A stretch of 64,000 nucleotides of DNA from a virus. The DNA lies in the IMG/VR virus record IMGVR_UViG_3300011977_000001, one strand, 5' to 3'. Positions 27,870-37,257 of the stretch are shown piece after piece. A program made the position numbers and the translations under genes. The notes beneath the pieces are model-generated. The model saw nothing but the letters and a program-made list of their open reading frames with translations. It had not been told where the DNA came from and made no database searches. Numbering within the stretch: position 1 is the stretch's first letter; every line of letters starts with the position of its first letter.

Positions 27870-27992
27870 AGCAATTTCTCCTTTCTGGCCATCGGCTGTG
27901 CATTTGCTGTAAGTGTAACACTTTCATGTCATTCGGAATGACGCACCTGTGTATGTTTCACGTGAAACATAGCTATCATTTATGTGCGCCTT

Positions 27993-30900
27993 TCAAGTAA
28001 AAGAATAGCCGAATCTTAATTCATCGAACGATACAGCACAGTCAAAGCTCTTCGATACTCCTGCTGCACCATCAGGACCAGCCTCAACCACGTAAATCGT
28101 TGTCTTTCTCGCTCCGCTCGGCCAGGTCTGTTCTTCTTTGTGAAGTACCGTCCAGGAAGCCTTAGAGCTCGCCATGACCTCTTTTTCTCCGTAGGTAGAT
28201 AAGTGATCGACTGGTGCGGCAGTCCTGTTGTGCAGGCATACAATCATAACAGAATCCTCATCATTTGCGCCTACATGAGCAAAGTTCAGCCCGACTGCTT
28301 TGTCGCTTGACCATGAGCTCATCCTGCCTCGCATATCGATCGTTGCGCCTTTGCCGGCCTTTTTCATGAACTCGTCATAGTCTTCACGCCTGCCGAAATG
28401 TATTCCTCGATACATCGTACCATCAAATGCTGGTGCTCTGTCCAGGTAGACTTCTGCTGCATCCTGGTCGGACTTTCTGAGTGTTTCATCAGCAAAATAC
28501 TTTTCCAGCCCTTTCAGGCTTTTCTCTACTGAACCTCGGTCCAGTCCGGAGTCTTCTTGCATGTGTTTCAGCCTTGCTTCGATGTATCCTTCTCTCTCCC
28601 CTTCTTTTATGATACTGATCTGCCCTTTTGTCGGCTTTGTTGGCCGATAATCCCCATTTTGCTGAAGCAACTGGAAGCCATCGTCCAGAACATCTTTCAT
28701 TTTCCCAGAGTTGAATGCCTCTATACAGTCATCTTCAGAAATAAAGCCGTTGTCGATTGCATACAGAGCCTGATCAGAATCATCTCCATCGTCAAGCTGT
28801 TTCCGTACTTCTTTCAGGTGATTCCACCAGGAAGAGGACCCGGCCTCAGCTTTTGCTTTGATCTTCATTTCACCATGAGAGTTGCTTGTGTGCTGCTTAG
28901 TAGTCTTTCCTGTATGAGCTTTTCCTTTTCCTGGCTTGTAGTTGATGACTAAGGCGGCAGCGGTTCCGGTCGTAAATTTCCCGTCCTTACCGTGATACGG
29001 ATTATACTTTTCAATAGCACTCTTCTCGACTTCTTTACCATCACTGTATGACGGCCAGAAGCCGAACTCATTCAGACTATCGCCGGCGAACTGAATCTCT
29101 TTAGCTTTAACTTTGAATGCATGTACTGGGACGTTTTCATATCTTCCTTCTCCTTTTGCATAAGTTCTTGACAGTGATACCCAGTCGCCCTCATTCAGCT
29201 CGTCCTTCGGGCTTGCCCTATACACAGTCACTTCTGCATCTGGGCTATCTTTGATCTTCCGCAGCGCAACCATCGATTCACGCAGCTCCGGTCCGTCAAG
29301 AGAATACCAGTCCGGGTGTTCCCAGAAATCATCTGGAATCGCACCTTTCTCGGTTATGTCAAACGCTCTTCCTGACCTGCTCGGCCTGTGCTGAAGCGCA
29401 TAATCCAGCTCCCCGCTCGGGTTATGCCTGTGTATTCTCTGGTCCGAATCGGGTTCTGATTTTGCTGCTTTCTTTCTCGGAACTGTAGATTTTGCGTTGC
29501 CTCCGGTTGTGAATTTACCATCAGCTCCGTGATAAGGGTTGTATTTGTCTATTCTCTCTACCCCTAACATTTTCAAAACGGTATCATCCTGCAGACCATT
29601 CGCTGACTTACCGATGCCATCATCAGGGCCAGTCTCTACTACATAGATATATGTTTTTCTCGCTCCTTGATATTCAGTTGTTTCTGAGTACATTACCGTC
29701 CATCTTGCAGTTGAGCTTGCAAGAATCTCTTGTTCTCCCTGGCTGCTAATATGTGCGACCGGTGTTGATGTTCTGTTCTTTACGCACTGTATTACGACTG
29801 AATCCGCTTTTGAGTCTACTGCGTGCGCAAATCCTCTGGCTATTTCTTCTAAGCTGGTCCATGAGCTAGGTTCGTCACGCATTCCAATCGTGCTTCCAGG
29901 CTTAACATGGGACATAAATTCGTCATACTGCTTGCTTCCCTTATCCCAGGCTATTCCTCGGTATGATATGCCATCAAACGCTGGAGATTTTGATACAAAA
30001 TCATCGATCACATCACGGTCTTCTTCGTAGTAGGATCCTCCAAAATATTTTTTCAGTTTCTGGTAGTATTCCTCTGCTTTGTTCCTGTCTACTCCCGTAT
30101 CTTCGCAGATATGTCTTAGCCTGGCTTCATCCCATCCAACTTTTGAGGCTTCTGCTGAAATGCTAGTCTGTCCTTTAGTCGGTTTTGTTGGGCGATAATC
30201 TCCATTTTTTTCGAGAATATTGAAGCCAGTGTCTAATAGCTCATCTGCAGTTCCTTCCTGCATAGCTTTTATACAGTCTGTTTGTGATGCGAAGTAATGT
30301 TTCTTTGCATACAGGGCTTTTTTGTTTTCTTTTTCTCCTCTTAGTTTGTCTCGCTCATTTTTTATATGATCGAACCACTCATTATTATGAGACTCATTCT
30401 CTCTTGAAATATCATTTTCATGCGTTTCACTGGTATGCGAAATATTACTTACCATCGAAGCGGCCATTTCCTTTTGGCTTGTCTTAAATGGAACAGTTGT
30501 CTTAGCATTTCCACCAGTCGTAAATTTCCCGTCTTTCCCGTGGTAGGGATTATATTTGACGATCTCTTCCAGGCTATTCATTCCAAGAAGTTTTGCGGTC
30601 GAATCATCAAATCCGAGCATCTTGGCAACTTTTACCATGGGTTCCGACTTCTCAATGCTCCCGTCTTCCTTTGTGACATAAAGGACCGGTATCTTGTCGA
30701 GTCCCAGGTTGTATGCAGCCATCGCACGATGTCTCCCCTCCTGGCCTCCGTTGCCTTCTCCGACATTCAGATACGGCATATCCATTTCCGTTCCGTTTTC
30801 CATCTTTCCAGCCAAGTTCTCAATGTTCTTCTTATCCAAACCCAGCACCTGGCTAAGGGCTGTTGTGGTTCCTTCCCCTGTTTCTTTCCCTGTGTTGAAG

Positions 30901-33131
30901 TTTGCTGCGCATCTTTCCAGATACTCTTCAGGGGACATTTCAACGATTGTGGCTTTCAGACCATGATCTCGTAAGTTTTCCCGATCATCGTAGAAACTGA
31001 TTCCTGTACTATCCTTAAATCCCGGATAATGTTTCTGGCTTGCCGGTGTCGGTTCAGGCATATCTGCGTTTGTCTTTGGTCCACCATCTGCATTCGCTAT
31101 GACCTGCTTCAGATGTTTGTTCGCCTGCTGTAAGTCTTCCAGGGCTTTATCAGACTTTTGAGCTGCTGCATGAAATTCTTCTCTTCCTTCTTCAGGTGGA
31201 AGTCCGATTGAAGCCATGAACTTATCATCCTCGGTCCATTGGTCCTTCGGCTTTTGTTTCAGGTTCTTGTATGCCCTGTCTTTCTCTGCATCTGCTTCAT
31301 TAAATGCGTCTGCTGCAGCTTTCAGCCTTGCCCTTGCTTCTTTGTACTCTGACGTAGAAAGGACTTTCGCTCCGATCTCTTTCGAGTAGTCATGCATCGG
31401 TTCTCCACTCAGCTTCGATACTTTCTGTGAATGAGCTGAGGTCCCATTCGGGTCCACTACAACGCCAGCCCCTGCTGCACAAAACCTCCCGTTTGCATCG
31501 TGATTGTGATTGTATTTCAGGATCTCACCATCGATTTTGTCCAGGTCGCTCTGTGCATCGTCCGCTTTTTGAATGATTTCTTCTTCAGGCAGTCCCAGCA
31601 TTTTCTGAATGATCTTCCTTTTTGCCGGTTCCACCATCAAAAGCTGTGGGCAACGGACCGCTGATTTTTTCAAGCTGCTTCCTCCTGCAAACTGTCCCTG
31701 TGTATGATCGATCCAGGCTACATCTTCCAGTTTTACTGTTCTTGAATACGGGGGATTTCCGCCATAAGAGACCGCATCCTCCCGGCTCGGTGTTACAAAA
31801 ATTCCGTTCGTGATCGGATGTGAGGAATATATTCTGATCTTTCCCGTCTTCAATGCTTTCTGTGCATCAGCCCAGGTATAATCATCTGTATAGTCGTCTC
31901 CTGGTTCAAATCCCTCATTAGCCAAGTTTTCAGGCTGAAGTGTCTCGGCAAATGTCTTAATGTCATCGACTGATCTTATCCATGTCTGATAGCTATTCGG
32001 TGCGGGATTGCCGGCCGTAACGATCTTGAACTGTCTCTTTTTCAGGTCCGCTACACTTTCTGTGCTTTCTTTGGCTTCCGCTTCTGGTGTCTTTCCACCA
32101 TCGCCTGTGACATTGTGCCCAGCTCCGACAAACTTGCCGTCCTTCCCGTGATTATGATTGTATTTTTCTATCGATTCTTCTGCAGACTTCTCAACATCAT
32201 CCGGTATCCGATAAATGACATTCAGCTGATAATCTTTATCACCCATGACAGGCTGTGCTCCGACCAATTCCAGCTTTTTGTTTCTCCCCAGTACCACTTC
32301 GCTCTCGCCCTCATTATCTGTAACAAGTGCATGTGTTCCCTCTGGTGTCAGAATTGAAACTCTTACAGGACGATCTCTGAAGTAATTCAGCTCGCTAGCC
32401 ATCGATGCCGACATATATCCAGGGTTTCTAAGCATCTTTCCAGTGTGCTTATTGATCTGATCTGCGATAGCCTGTACGGATTGAAGATCCCACTTGCCTG
32501 ATTTGACCGCTCTCTCAACATCTTCTCCGATTGCATACACACTTTGAATGTCGTTCATCCTGGTCAACATGACCTCTTTTTTCAAAGTATCTGCGTGTGT
32601 TGCTTTATCCAGTTCGCCAATCAGATCATCTTTCAAGCTCTCTTTCATCAAGTACATTTCAACTTCAATTTCCCGATCGGTTTTTCCTTCTTTTTTCAGA
32701 TGTTCTCTATAAGATTCCTCAGTTCCGCCGCACCGAAGATAAGCATTGATTCTTTTGGATTTACCATTGTTTACATATTCGTTCTGCGCTCTTCTGACAG
32801 CTTCAGCGGTATCTTTGTCCATCGGCTTTTCTCTTGTTGGGCCCTGCTTATTCAAATAGGCCCAATAATCAGTTTCGGACATGTCCTGGTATGTTTTCCC
32901 ACCTACTGTGATCTTTTCGCCTGAATATCGTGTCATGTACTCATCCATCTGGGCAAAGTTATAGCCGCTGGTATCTTCATTCATGTCCACCTGTTCAAAA
33001 CTCAATCCGCTATCGCCATCACCGGTTACATTCTGGCCACTTGGTGCAAATTTTCCGTCCTTCCCGTGGTTGTGGTTATATTTGAGTATGCTGACTCTGT
33101 TCTTTCGTGCTTCTGTGAACAGTATTGCCAT
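27993..33131 (-). CDS. polyvalent effector protein: six tag-delimited modules including three ADP-ribosyltransferase domains and a ParB-like domain
   Basis: Start chosen at MAILFTEARK (ATG 33129-33131, AAAGGAG RBS), giving 1712 aa. ART R-S-E triads are present three times: INAYLR/LTRM..YMSAS..EGESEVV; YRG..SSWTS..GEQEIL; YRG..SSWSS..GEKEVM. A GGQEGRHRAMAAYNLG ParB/Srx-like motif is also present. There are six KYN[PH][YN]H[GD]xxG[KR]F tags. Confidence 0.8.
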   Translation of the reverse strand: MAILFTEARKNRVSILKYNHNHGKDGKFAPSGQNVTGDGDSGLSFEQVDMNEDTSGYNFAQMDEYMTRYSGEKITVGGKTYQDMSETDYWAYLNKQGPTREKPMDKDTAEAVRRAQNEYVNNGKSKRINAYLRCGGTEESYREHLKKEGKTDREIEVEMYLMKESLKDDLIGELDKATHADTLKKEVMLTRMNDIQSVYAIGEDVERAVKSGKWDLQSVQAIADQINKHTGKMLRNPGYMSASMASELNYFRDRPVRVSILTPEGTHALVTDNEGESEVVLGRNKKLELVGAQPVMGDKDYQLNVIYRIPDDVEKSAEESIEKYNHNHGKDGKFVGAGHNVTGDGGKTPEAEAKESTESVADLKKRQFKIVTAGNPAPNSYQTWIRSVDDIKTFAETLQPENLANEGFEPGDDYTDDYTWADAQKALKTGKIRIYSSHPITNGIFVTPSREDAVSYGGNPPYSRTVKLEDVAWIDHTQGQFAGGSSLKKSAVRCPQLLMVEPAKRKIIQKMLGLPEEEIIQKADDAQSDLDKIDGEILKYNHNHDANGRFCAAGAGVVVDPNGTSAHSQKVSKLSGEPMHDYSKEIGAKVLSTSEYKEARARLKAAADAFNEADAEKDRAYKNLKQKPKDQWTEDDKFMASIGLPPEEGREEFHAAAQKSDKALEDLQQANKHLKQVIANADGGPKTNADMPEPTPASQKHYPGFKDSTGISFYDDRENLRDHGLKATIVEMSPEEYLERCAANFNTGKETGEGTTTALSQVLGLDKKNIENLAGKMENGTEMDMPYLNVGEGNGGQEGRHRAMAAYNLGLDKIPVLYVTKEDGSIEKSEPMVKVAKMLGFDDSTAKLLGMNSLEEIVKYNPYHGKDGKFTTGGNAKTTVPFKTSQKEMAASMVSNISHTSETHENDISRENESHNNEWFDHIKNERDKLRGEKENKKALYAKKHYFASQTDCIKAMQEGTADELLDTGFNILEKNGDYRPTKPTKGQTSISAEASKVGWDEARLRHICEDTGVDRNKAEEYYQKLKKYFGGSYYEEDRDVIDDFVSKSPAFDGISYRGIAWDKGSKQYDEFMSHVKPGSTIGMRDEPSSWTSLEEIARGFAHAVDSKADSVVIQCVKNRTSTPVAHISSQGEQEILASSTARWTVMYSETTEYQGARKTYIYVVETGPDDGIGKSANGLQDDTVLKMLGVERIDKYNPYHGADGKFTTGGNAKSTVPRKKAAKSEPDSDQRIHRHNPSGELDYALQHRPSRSGRAFDITEKGAIPDDFWEHPDWYSLDGPELRESMVALRKIKDSPDAEVTVYRASPKDELNEGDWVSLSRTYAKGEGRYENVPVHAFKVKAKEIQFAGDSLNEFGFWPSYSDGKEVEKSAIEKYNPYHGKDGKFTTGTAAALVINYKPGKGKAHTGKTTKQHTSNSHGEMKIKAKAEAGSSSWWNHLKEVRKQLDDGDDSDQALYAIDNGFISEDDCIEAFNSGKMKDVLDDGFQLLQQNGDYRPTKPTKGQISIIKEGEREGYIEARLKHMQEDSGLDRGSVEKSLKGLEKYFADETLRKSDQDAAEVYLDRAPAFDGTMYRGIHFGRREDYDEFMKKAGKGATIDMRGRMSSWSSDKAVGLNFAHVGANDEDSVMIVCLHNRTAAPVDHLSTYGEKEVMASSKASWTVLHKEEQTWPSGARKTTIYVVEAGPDGAAGVSKSFDCAVSFDELRFGYSFT

Positions 33132-33235
33132 ATGCTTGCTCCTTTCTGTGCGTCCACCTGCCTTAACTTTATGCATTAGTACGTTTTTCATAAAGGATTC
33201 AGGTCACATTCAACGGGGTACGCATTTGACAGAGC

Positions 33236-33282
33236 ATAAAAAAGACGGCTGCCCTGGTTTTTGCCATGACAACCGTCTTTTA
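33236..33282 (-). terminator. rho-independent terminator
   Basis: The - sense reads AAAGACGGTTG...CAGCCGTCTTT, an 11-bp stem followed by a T-run. It lies downstream of the 33297-33485 gene and upstream of the polyvalent gene. Confidence 0.6.
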
Positions 33283-33296
33283 CTGATTTGTTTATT

Positions 33297-33485
33297 CTAT
33301 TCTATCTCTCGTTCCGGGCACTTGCTGGTGCTATCAGCGTCAACATACTTGCCAGGCTTTTCTCCGTACTTTTCGCATTTCAGTCCTGCGTTGTGTACAC
33401 AGTCGAAGCATTGAGATTCTTTCACTGCCTCCAATATCAAATTATCTTCCATATCGGAGACTCGCCTTTTCGGTCTTTCAGCCAT
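33297..33485 (-). CDS. small Cys-containing hypothetical protein
   Basis: 62 aa with CFDC...C...C spacing. Confidence 0.5.
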   Translation of the reverse strand: MAERPKRRVSDMEDNLILEAVKESQCFDCVHNAGLKCEKYGEKPGKYVDADSTSKCPEREIE

Positions 33486-33497
33486 CGTTGCCTCCGA

Positions 33498-33695
33498 TCA
33501 CAGCATAATTCCACGATTCTTTGCGGTCTCTATCATTTCTACATACTTTGCGTATGCCTGGACCGCTTTATCCGGTGCGCCCGGCTTCAGTCCTTTGATT
33601 CCACCATCATGAACACCATCATATCCAGGCTGATCAAAGGCAGGATAATACTCCACATACTGGTCAAAGTCTTTGATCGCATCATATGAAATCAT
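33498..33695 (-). CDS. small hypothetical protein, paralog of 33707-33913
   Basis: 65 aa. It shares the core P.DQPG[FY]DG[IV]H.GGIKGLKPGAPD.A[IV]QAYAKYV with its neighbour. Confidence 0.6.
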   Translation of the reverse strand: MISYDAIKDFDQYVEYYPAFDQPGYDGVHDGGIKGLKPGAPDKAVQAYAKYVEMIETAKNRGIML

Positions 33696-33706
33696 ATGTA
33701 TCCTCC

Positions 33707-33913
33707 TCAGTCGATAAATTCTTTCTTGCCAGGTTCATTACCTTCTTCAGCTTCAGCAACGTACTTCGCATACGCTTGTATTGCCTCATCCGGTGCACCA
33801 GGTTTCAGTCCCTTGATTCCTCCGTAGTGAATACCATCAAACCCAGGCTGGTCCGGAAACGGCCAGTGTTCAATGTAATCTTCAAACTTTCTGAACGTTT
33901 CTTCTCTGGTCAT
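33707..33913 (-). CDS. small hypothetical protein, paralog of 33498-33695
   Basis: 68 aa; tandem duplicate (see previous feature). Confidence 0.6.
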   Translation of the reverse strand: MTREETFRKFEDYIEHWPFPDQPGFDGIHYGGIKGLKPGAPDEAIQAYAKYVAEAEEGNEPGKKEFID

Positions 33914-33932
33914 CGCACATCCTCCCTATCTG

Positions 33933-34850
33933 TTATGAATTATCGCTCATGTACTTCGGCCTATATGCCTTATCCAGTTCTTCTCTGGCCAATCTTACCA
34001 CCTCTTTGGCTACTGGTGTAGCATTATCACCATTAGCATTGACATCCGCAAAGCTCTCTGCGAATGCCTCTTTATAGCCCTTTTCGACCGACTGTCTGGA
34101 CAGTTCCATCAGAATAGCAGTAGCGTCTTTTCCTCTTCCCTCCGGTGTCTGCTGTACATGTTTGACTGCTGTATCAACAATCTGATTTGCGTAAGTATGC
34201 GCATTCCACATGTTTACTTCATCCACACCGGTATGACCATGGGCTATAATTATTGCGCTTTCTACGCAATGTCCTGCCTCGTGGGCAATCGTTGACTGCG
34301 GAGTGGCATTTTTTACCCACCATCTTTGCTTTCCACTTCCGAACAGGTTATCGGTACTTTCAATCTTAGCCGCTGCAGCCGCTTGTTTCAGGGTTCCCCA
34401 GTCCTCCGGATTCAGTTCAAGCGTATTACCATTTGTTTGAGCACATGCGTCTCTCCTACGACATATCACAACCTTGTCCAAATAGCTCTTGATCTCAGGA
34501 AATTGCTGAGCCACTGAGCCGAATCCTTCCATTGCCGCTTTTGCCGCATCTAATCCAATTTTCTTTTTTACTGAAGGTGAGAATCCGTTCCGAAATCCGC
34601 ATACTTCTCTAGCTGCTATTGTCAGCTCTCTGTAATCCTTACGCTTTGAGATAGCACTGCTTTTTCTGGCTGCCTCACTTGCTGCGTATCTCTTCTTTTC
34701 TCTTGCTACCGCATGATCAGCCAGAGACTGTTTCGCAGGATTCTTCGTTCTGAACGTAAATGAAGTAGCTGCTGCGCCAGTTGTAAACCGGCCGTCTGAG
34801 CCGTGATACGGATTAAATTTCTTTATCTCTTCTACCAGCTCCACCATCAC
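33933..34850 (-). CDS. YNPYHG-tagged HExxH metallopeptidase-like protein
   Basis: 305 aa. The N-terminus is MMVELVEEIKKFNPYHGSDGRFTTG (tag at 34785-34820). It carries HEAGH (TIAHEAGHCVE) plus a downstream EAFAESFAD motif. Confidence 0.65.
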   Translation of the reverse strand: MMVELVEEIKKFNPYHGSDGRFTTGAAATSFTFRTKNPAKQSLADHAVAREKKRYAASEAARKSSAISKRKDYRELTIAAREVCGFRNGFSPSVKKKIGLDAAKAAMEGFGSVAQQFPEIKSYLDKVVICRRRDACAQTNGNTLELNPEDWGTLKQAAAAAKIESTDNLFGSGKQRWWVKNATPQSTIAHEAGHCVESAIIIAHGHTGVDEVNMWNAHTYANQIVDTAVKHVQQTPEGRGKDATAILMELSRQSVEKGYKEAFAESFADVNANGDNATPVAKEVVRLAREELDKAYRPKYMSDNS

Positions 34851-35196
34851 TGTTTACCTCCGTGATTCGATTGTAAGTTGAGTTGTGCACAATCTGTAAG
34901 AACCCAGGTAAGCTCTTTATTGCTTTGAAAATATGCAAATCAGTATATCGATCTCTCCTGCTGCCACCATCACTAGAACAAATGACCGGAAGAGCAATCT
35001 CAGAGTCTTTCCTTCTGACTCCTCGGTCTTCTCTTCTTCACTCTTCCCGTTCATCAGAATATCATTTTTGCGCTTCTATTTTCCGCTGTGACAGCTTTTT
35101 CGCTATCACATATATTATATTGTGTCTGTAAGAGCTAGGAGCGGAGCTGGGGTCAATACGCTAGCCACCTGGGCAACCATGCAATCTGAGACACTG

Positions 35197-35454
35197 TTAC
35201 TTCCCGTTCTTTTCAGCTGCGAGTTTTGCAAAATGTCTCATTACCTCATAGCATTCTTCCACGTCAGTGAGCCGGCATTTTCCATCCTTTTCCAGGATAT
35301 AAAGCGGAGGTCCGCTGAAATTGATTTCGCCTTCTTTTTCAAAGAATCCTTTATAAGCGTTATAGCCGTTCCACTGACCATAATACTTAATGACCTTATA
35401 CGGAAGATTCTCTTCTTTGATGAAATCCATCACCAGGAGTTCTCGCTTTGTCAT
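35197..35454 (-). CDS. small hypothetical protein (possible immunity/partner protein)
   Basis: 85-aa ORF starting 14 nt after the stop of the 582-aa effector gene. No tag. Confidence 0.5.
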   Translation of the reverse strand: MTKRELLVMDFIKEENLPYKVIKYYGQWNGYNAYKGFFEKEGEINFSGPPLYILEKDGKCRLTDVEECYEVMRHFAKLAAEKNGK

Positions 35455-35467
35455 TCTTCTTCCTCCG

Positions 35468-37216
35468 TCACGTTGTTGCCTTTGAAAGAATTGTTTCCAC
35501 TACTACAGGGCTTATATCGTAATCGCTCACCGGCAGCAGTCTGATCGCTCCACCATTCCACTGTGAAAGTCTCGGCTGTCCCCCTACGCCTCCGATCTCG
35601 CTGACATACTTCTTCACCTCGTCAGCTCCGACAAATGACTTTCCGCTCTGAGGGTCATACAGCCATGTAGTTCCTTTTGATCTCTCGGCTATGATAATGT
35701 GTGCACCAGCGCCGTCTCCCCAGCCAAATTCCATTGTGTATCTCTTACCCTCTTTCAGGGTATTATCCAGGAATCCTGCTGCCTCTTCTGCATCCTTAAA
35801 TGTTGCCGGGCTATGAATGTTCTTCGGTCTATCCTTTGTTCCAGGGATTCGCCATGCCCAGGTTGAATCTTGCGATAGCTGGTCCTGATCATAGTTTCCT
35901 TGCATTCTCGGTTTTGCCTCTACATTGAAGCCTCTTCTTCTAGCTTCATAAGCCAGCACGCAGGTCTGGCAATTATAATGCCTGTAAGTTGAGTTTTCAA
36001 ATCCAGGATTGGCTTTCTGGCTGTTTGCCTGCTCAAATGTCATAGGTTCTCCCTTATGAACTCCTGCTAAGCTCTTCGGGTCTGTAACCCCTGGGCCGCA
36101 GTGAGTACCATCATCCGTGTCAAACCCGTTCTGATGCACTTTCGGGTTGTTCACTCCTCCGACTCCCTCATTGTGTCCCATTCCGACAACCTTCTCTTCT
36201 GCTCCTCCTGTCGTAAATCGGCCGTCTTTACCATGATAAGGGTTGTATTTTCTGATCACAGAATAGTTATGATCATAGCTTTTCTTGATGAATCCTTCTT
36301 CGATTGCTCTTTCTCGGCTTATGATGTCGTTGTCCAAATACTGCTGTAGGTGTTCCGGGTTTTCTTTCAGTTCTTCGACTACCTTATCCTCAAAGGCTCT
36401 TCTGGCTTTTCTCCTTTTCTCCTTATATCCATCAATTTTCTTACGGGCCGTCTCTGCGATCTCTTTGGAAAACGGGTGTGCATTCTTCCCATTCACGCAA
36501 TAATCAGAAATAGCCTCGGCAAAAAGCTCCTGTCCTCCTCCTGTCCGCTCTGCGTATCCGCTAACCGCTTTTCTCAGGTCGGAAATTGACGGAACAGTAC
36601 CACCCGCTTCCTCAATTTTCTTCTTATAGCTGTCGTAAGCCTCCATCATTACATCGTAAGATTCTTCTCCAGCTCTCCATCCATCAGCTATCATAAGGCC
36701 GCCTGCATGTTTCATCTCATACATTGTCTTTTCCAGAACGTGGCCCGCTTCGTGTGCTCCGATAAGTTTCATCGCATCCCCATTTGGATGAAACCCGATT
36801 TTTTGGTCTCCTTCATATGCAGCCTTTATCCTTTCCGGGTTGGAATACCATGAAGAATTAACCGAAATATCTTCCCCTTCTGTTCCTGCATACGCAGCTG
36901 GGCCAAGGGCCATATCATTACCGACACTTATACTTTTTATTTTTCCTGTTAATTCCGGAAATTTATCGATTGCAGCAGCCACTCCGTCAGCAGTGCCCTT
37001 TACAGAGTCAAAATCCAGGCTTTCTATATCTCCGACCATGCGGATTCCGTATTTTTTATCCACTGTATTGGCCAACTGCTTTGCAGTTTTACATCCAGCC
37101 ACTTGGCTTTTCCTGCTCCTTACCGTTTTAGCCGCACTTCCTCCGGACGTAAATTTTCCATCTTTACCATGGTAAGGATTATACTTTTTGATCTGTTCGA
37201 ATGTCTGTGCTCTCAT
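35468..37216 (-). CDS. two-module tagged effector: HExxH metallopeptidase-like domain + papain/transglutaminase-like Cys-His-Asp domain
   Basis: 582 aa with tags at 37151-37186 and 36215-36250. Module 1 has GAHEAGHVLE and ELFAEAISD. Module 2 has YNCQTCVLAYE (Cys), GAHIIIAE (His) and YDPQSG (Asp). Confidence 0.65.
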   Translation of the reverse strand: MRAQTFEQIKKYNPYHGKDGKFTSGGSAAKTVRSRKSQVAGCKTAKQLANTVDKKYGIRMVGDIESLDFDSVKGTADGVAAAIDKFPELTGKIKSISVGNDMALGPAAYAGTEGEDISVNSSWYSNPERIKAAYEGDQKIGFHPNGDAMKLIGAHEAGHVLEKTMYEMKHAGGLMIADGWRAGEESYDVMMEAYDSYKKKIEEAGGTVPSISDLRKAVSGYAERTGGGQELFAEAISDYCVNGKNAHPFSKEIAETARKKIDGYKEKRRKARRAFEDKVVEELKENPEHLQQYLDNDIISRERAIEEGFIKKSYDHNYSVIRKYNPYHGKDGRFTTGGAEEKVVGMGHNEGVGGVNNPKVHQNGFDTDDGTHCGPGVTDPKSLAGVHKGEPMTFEQANSQKANPGFENSTYRHYNCQTCVLAYEARRRGFNVEAKPRMQGNYDQDQLSQDSTWAWRIPGTKDRPKNIHSPATFKDAEEAAGFLDNTLKEGKRYTMEFGWGDGAGAHIIIAERSKGTTWLYDPQSGKSFVGADEVKKYVSEIGGVGGQPRLSQWNGGAIRLLPVSDYDISPVVVETILSKATT

Positions 37217-37232
37217 TCTTCTCTCCTGCTAC

Positions 37233-37254
37233 ATTGTAACGCACTTATGTGCGT
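37233..37254 (-). promoter_or_regulatory. palindromic motif + -10 hexamer (best copy)
   Basis: The - sense reads ACGCACATAAGTGCGT (perfect CGCAC/GTGCG arms) abutting TACAAT, 17 nt upstream of the AGGAGAG RBS of the 37216 start. Confidence 0.5.
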
Positions 37255-37257
37255 TGG

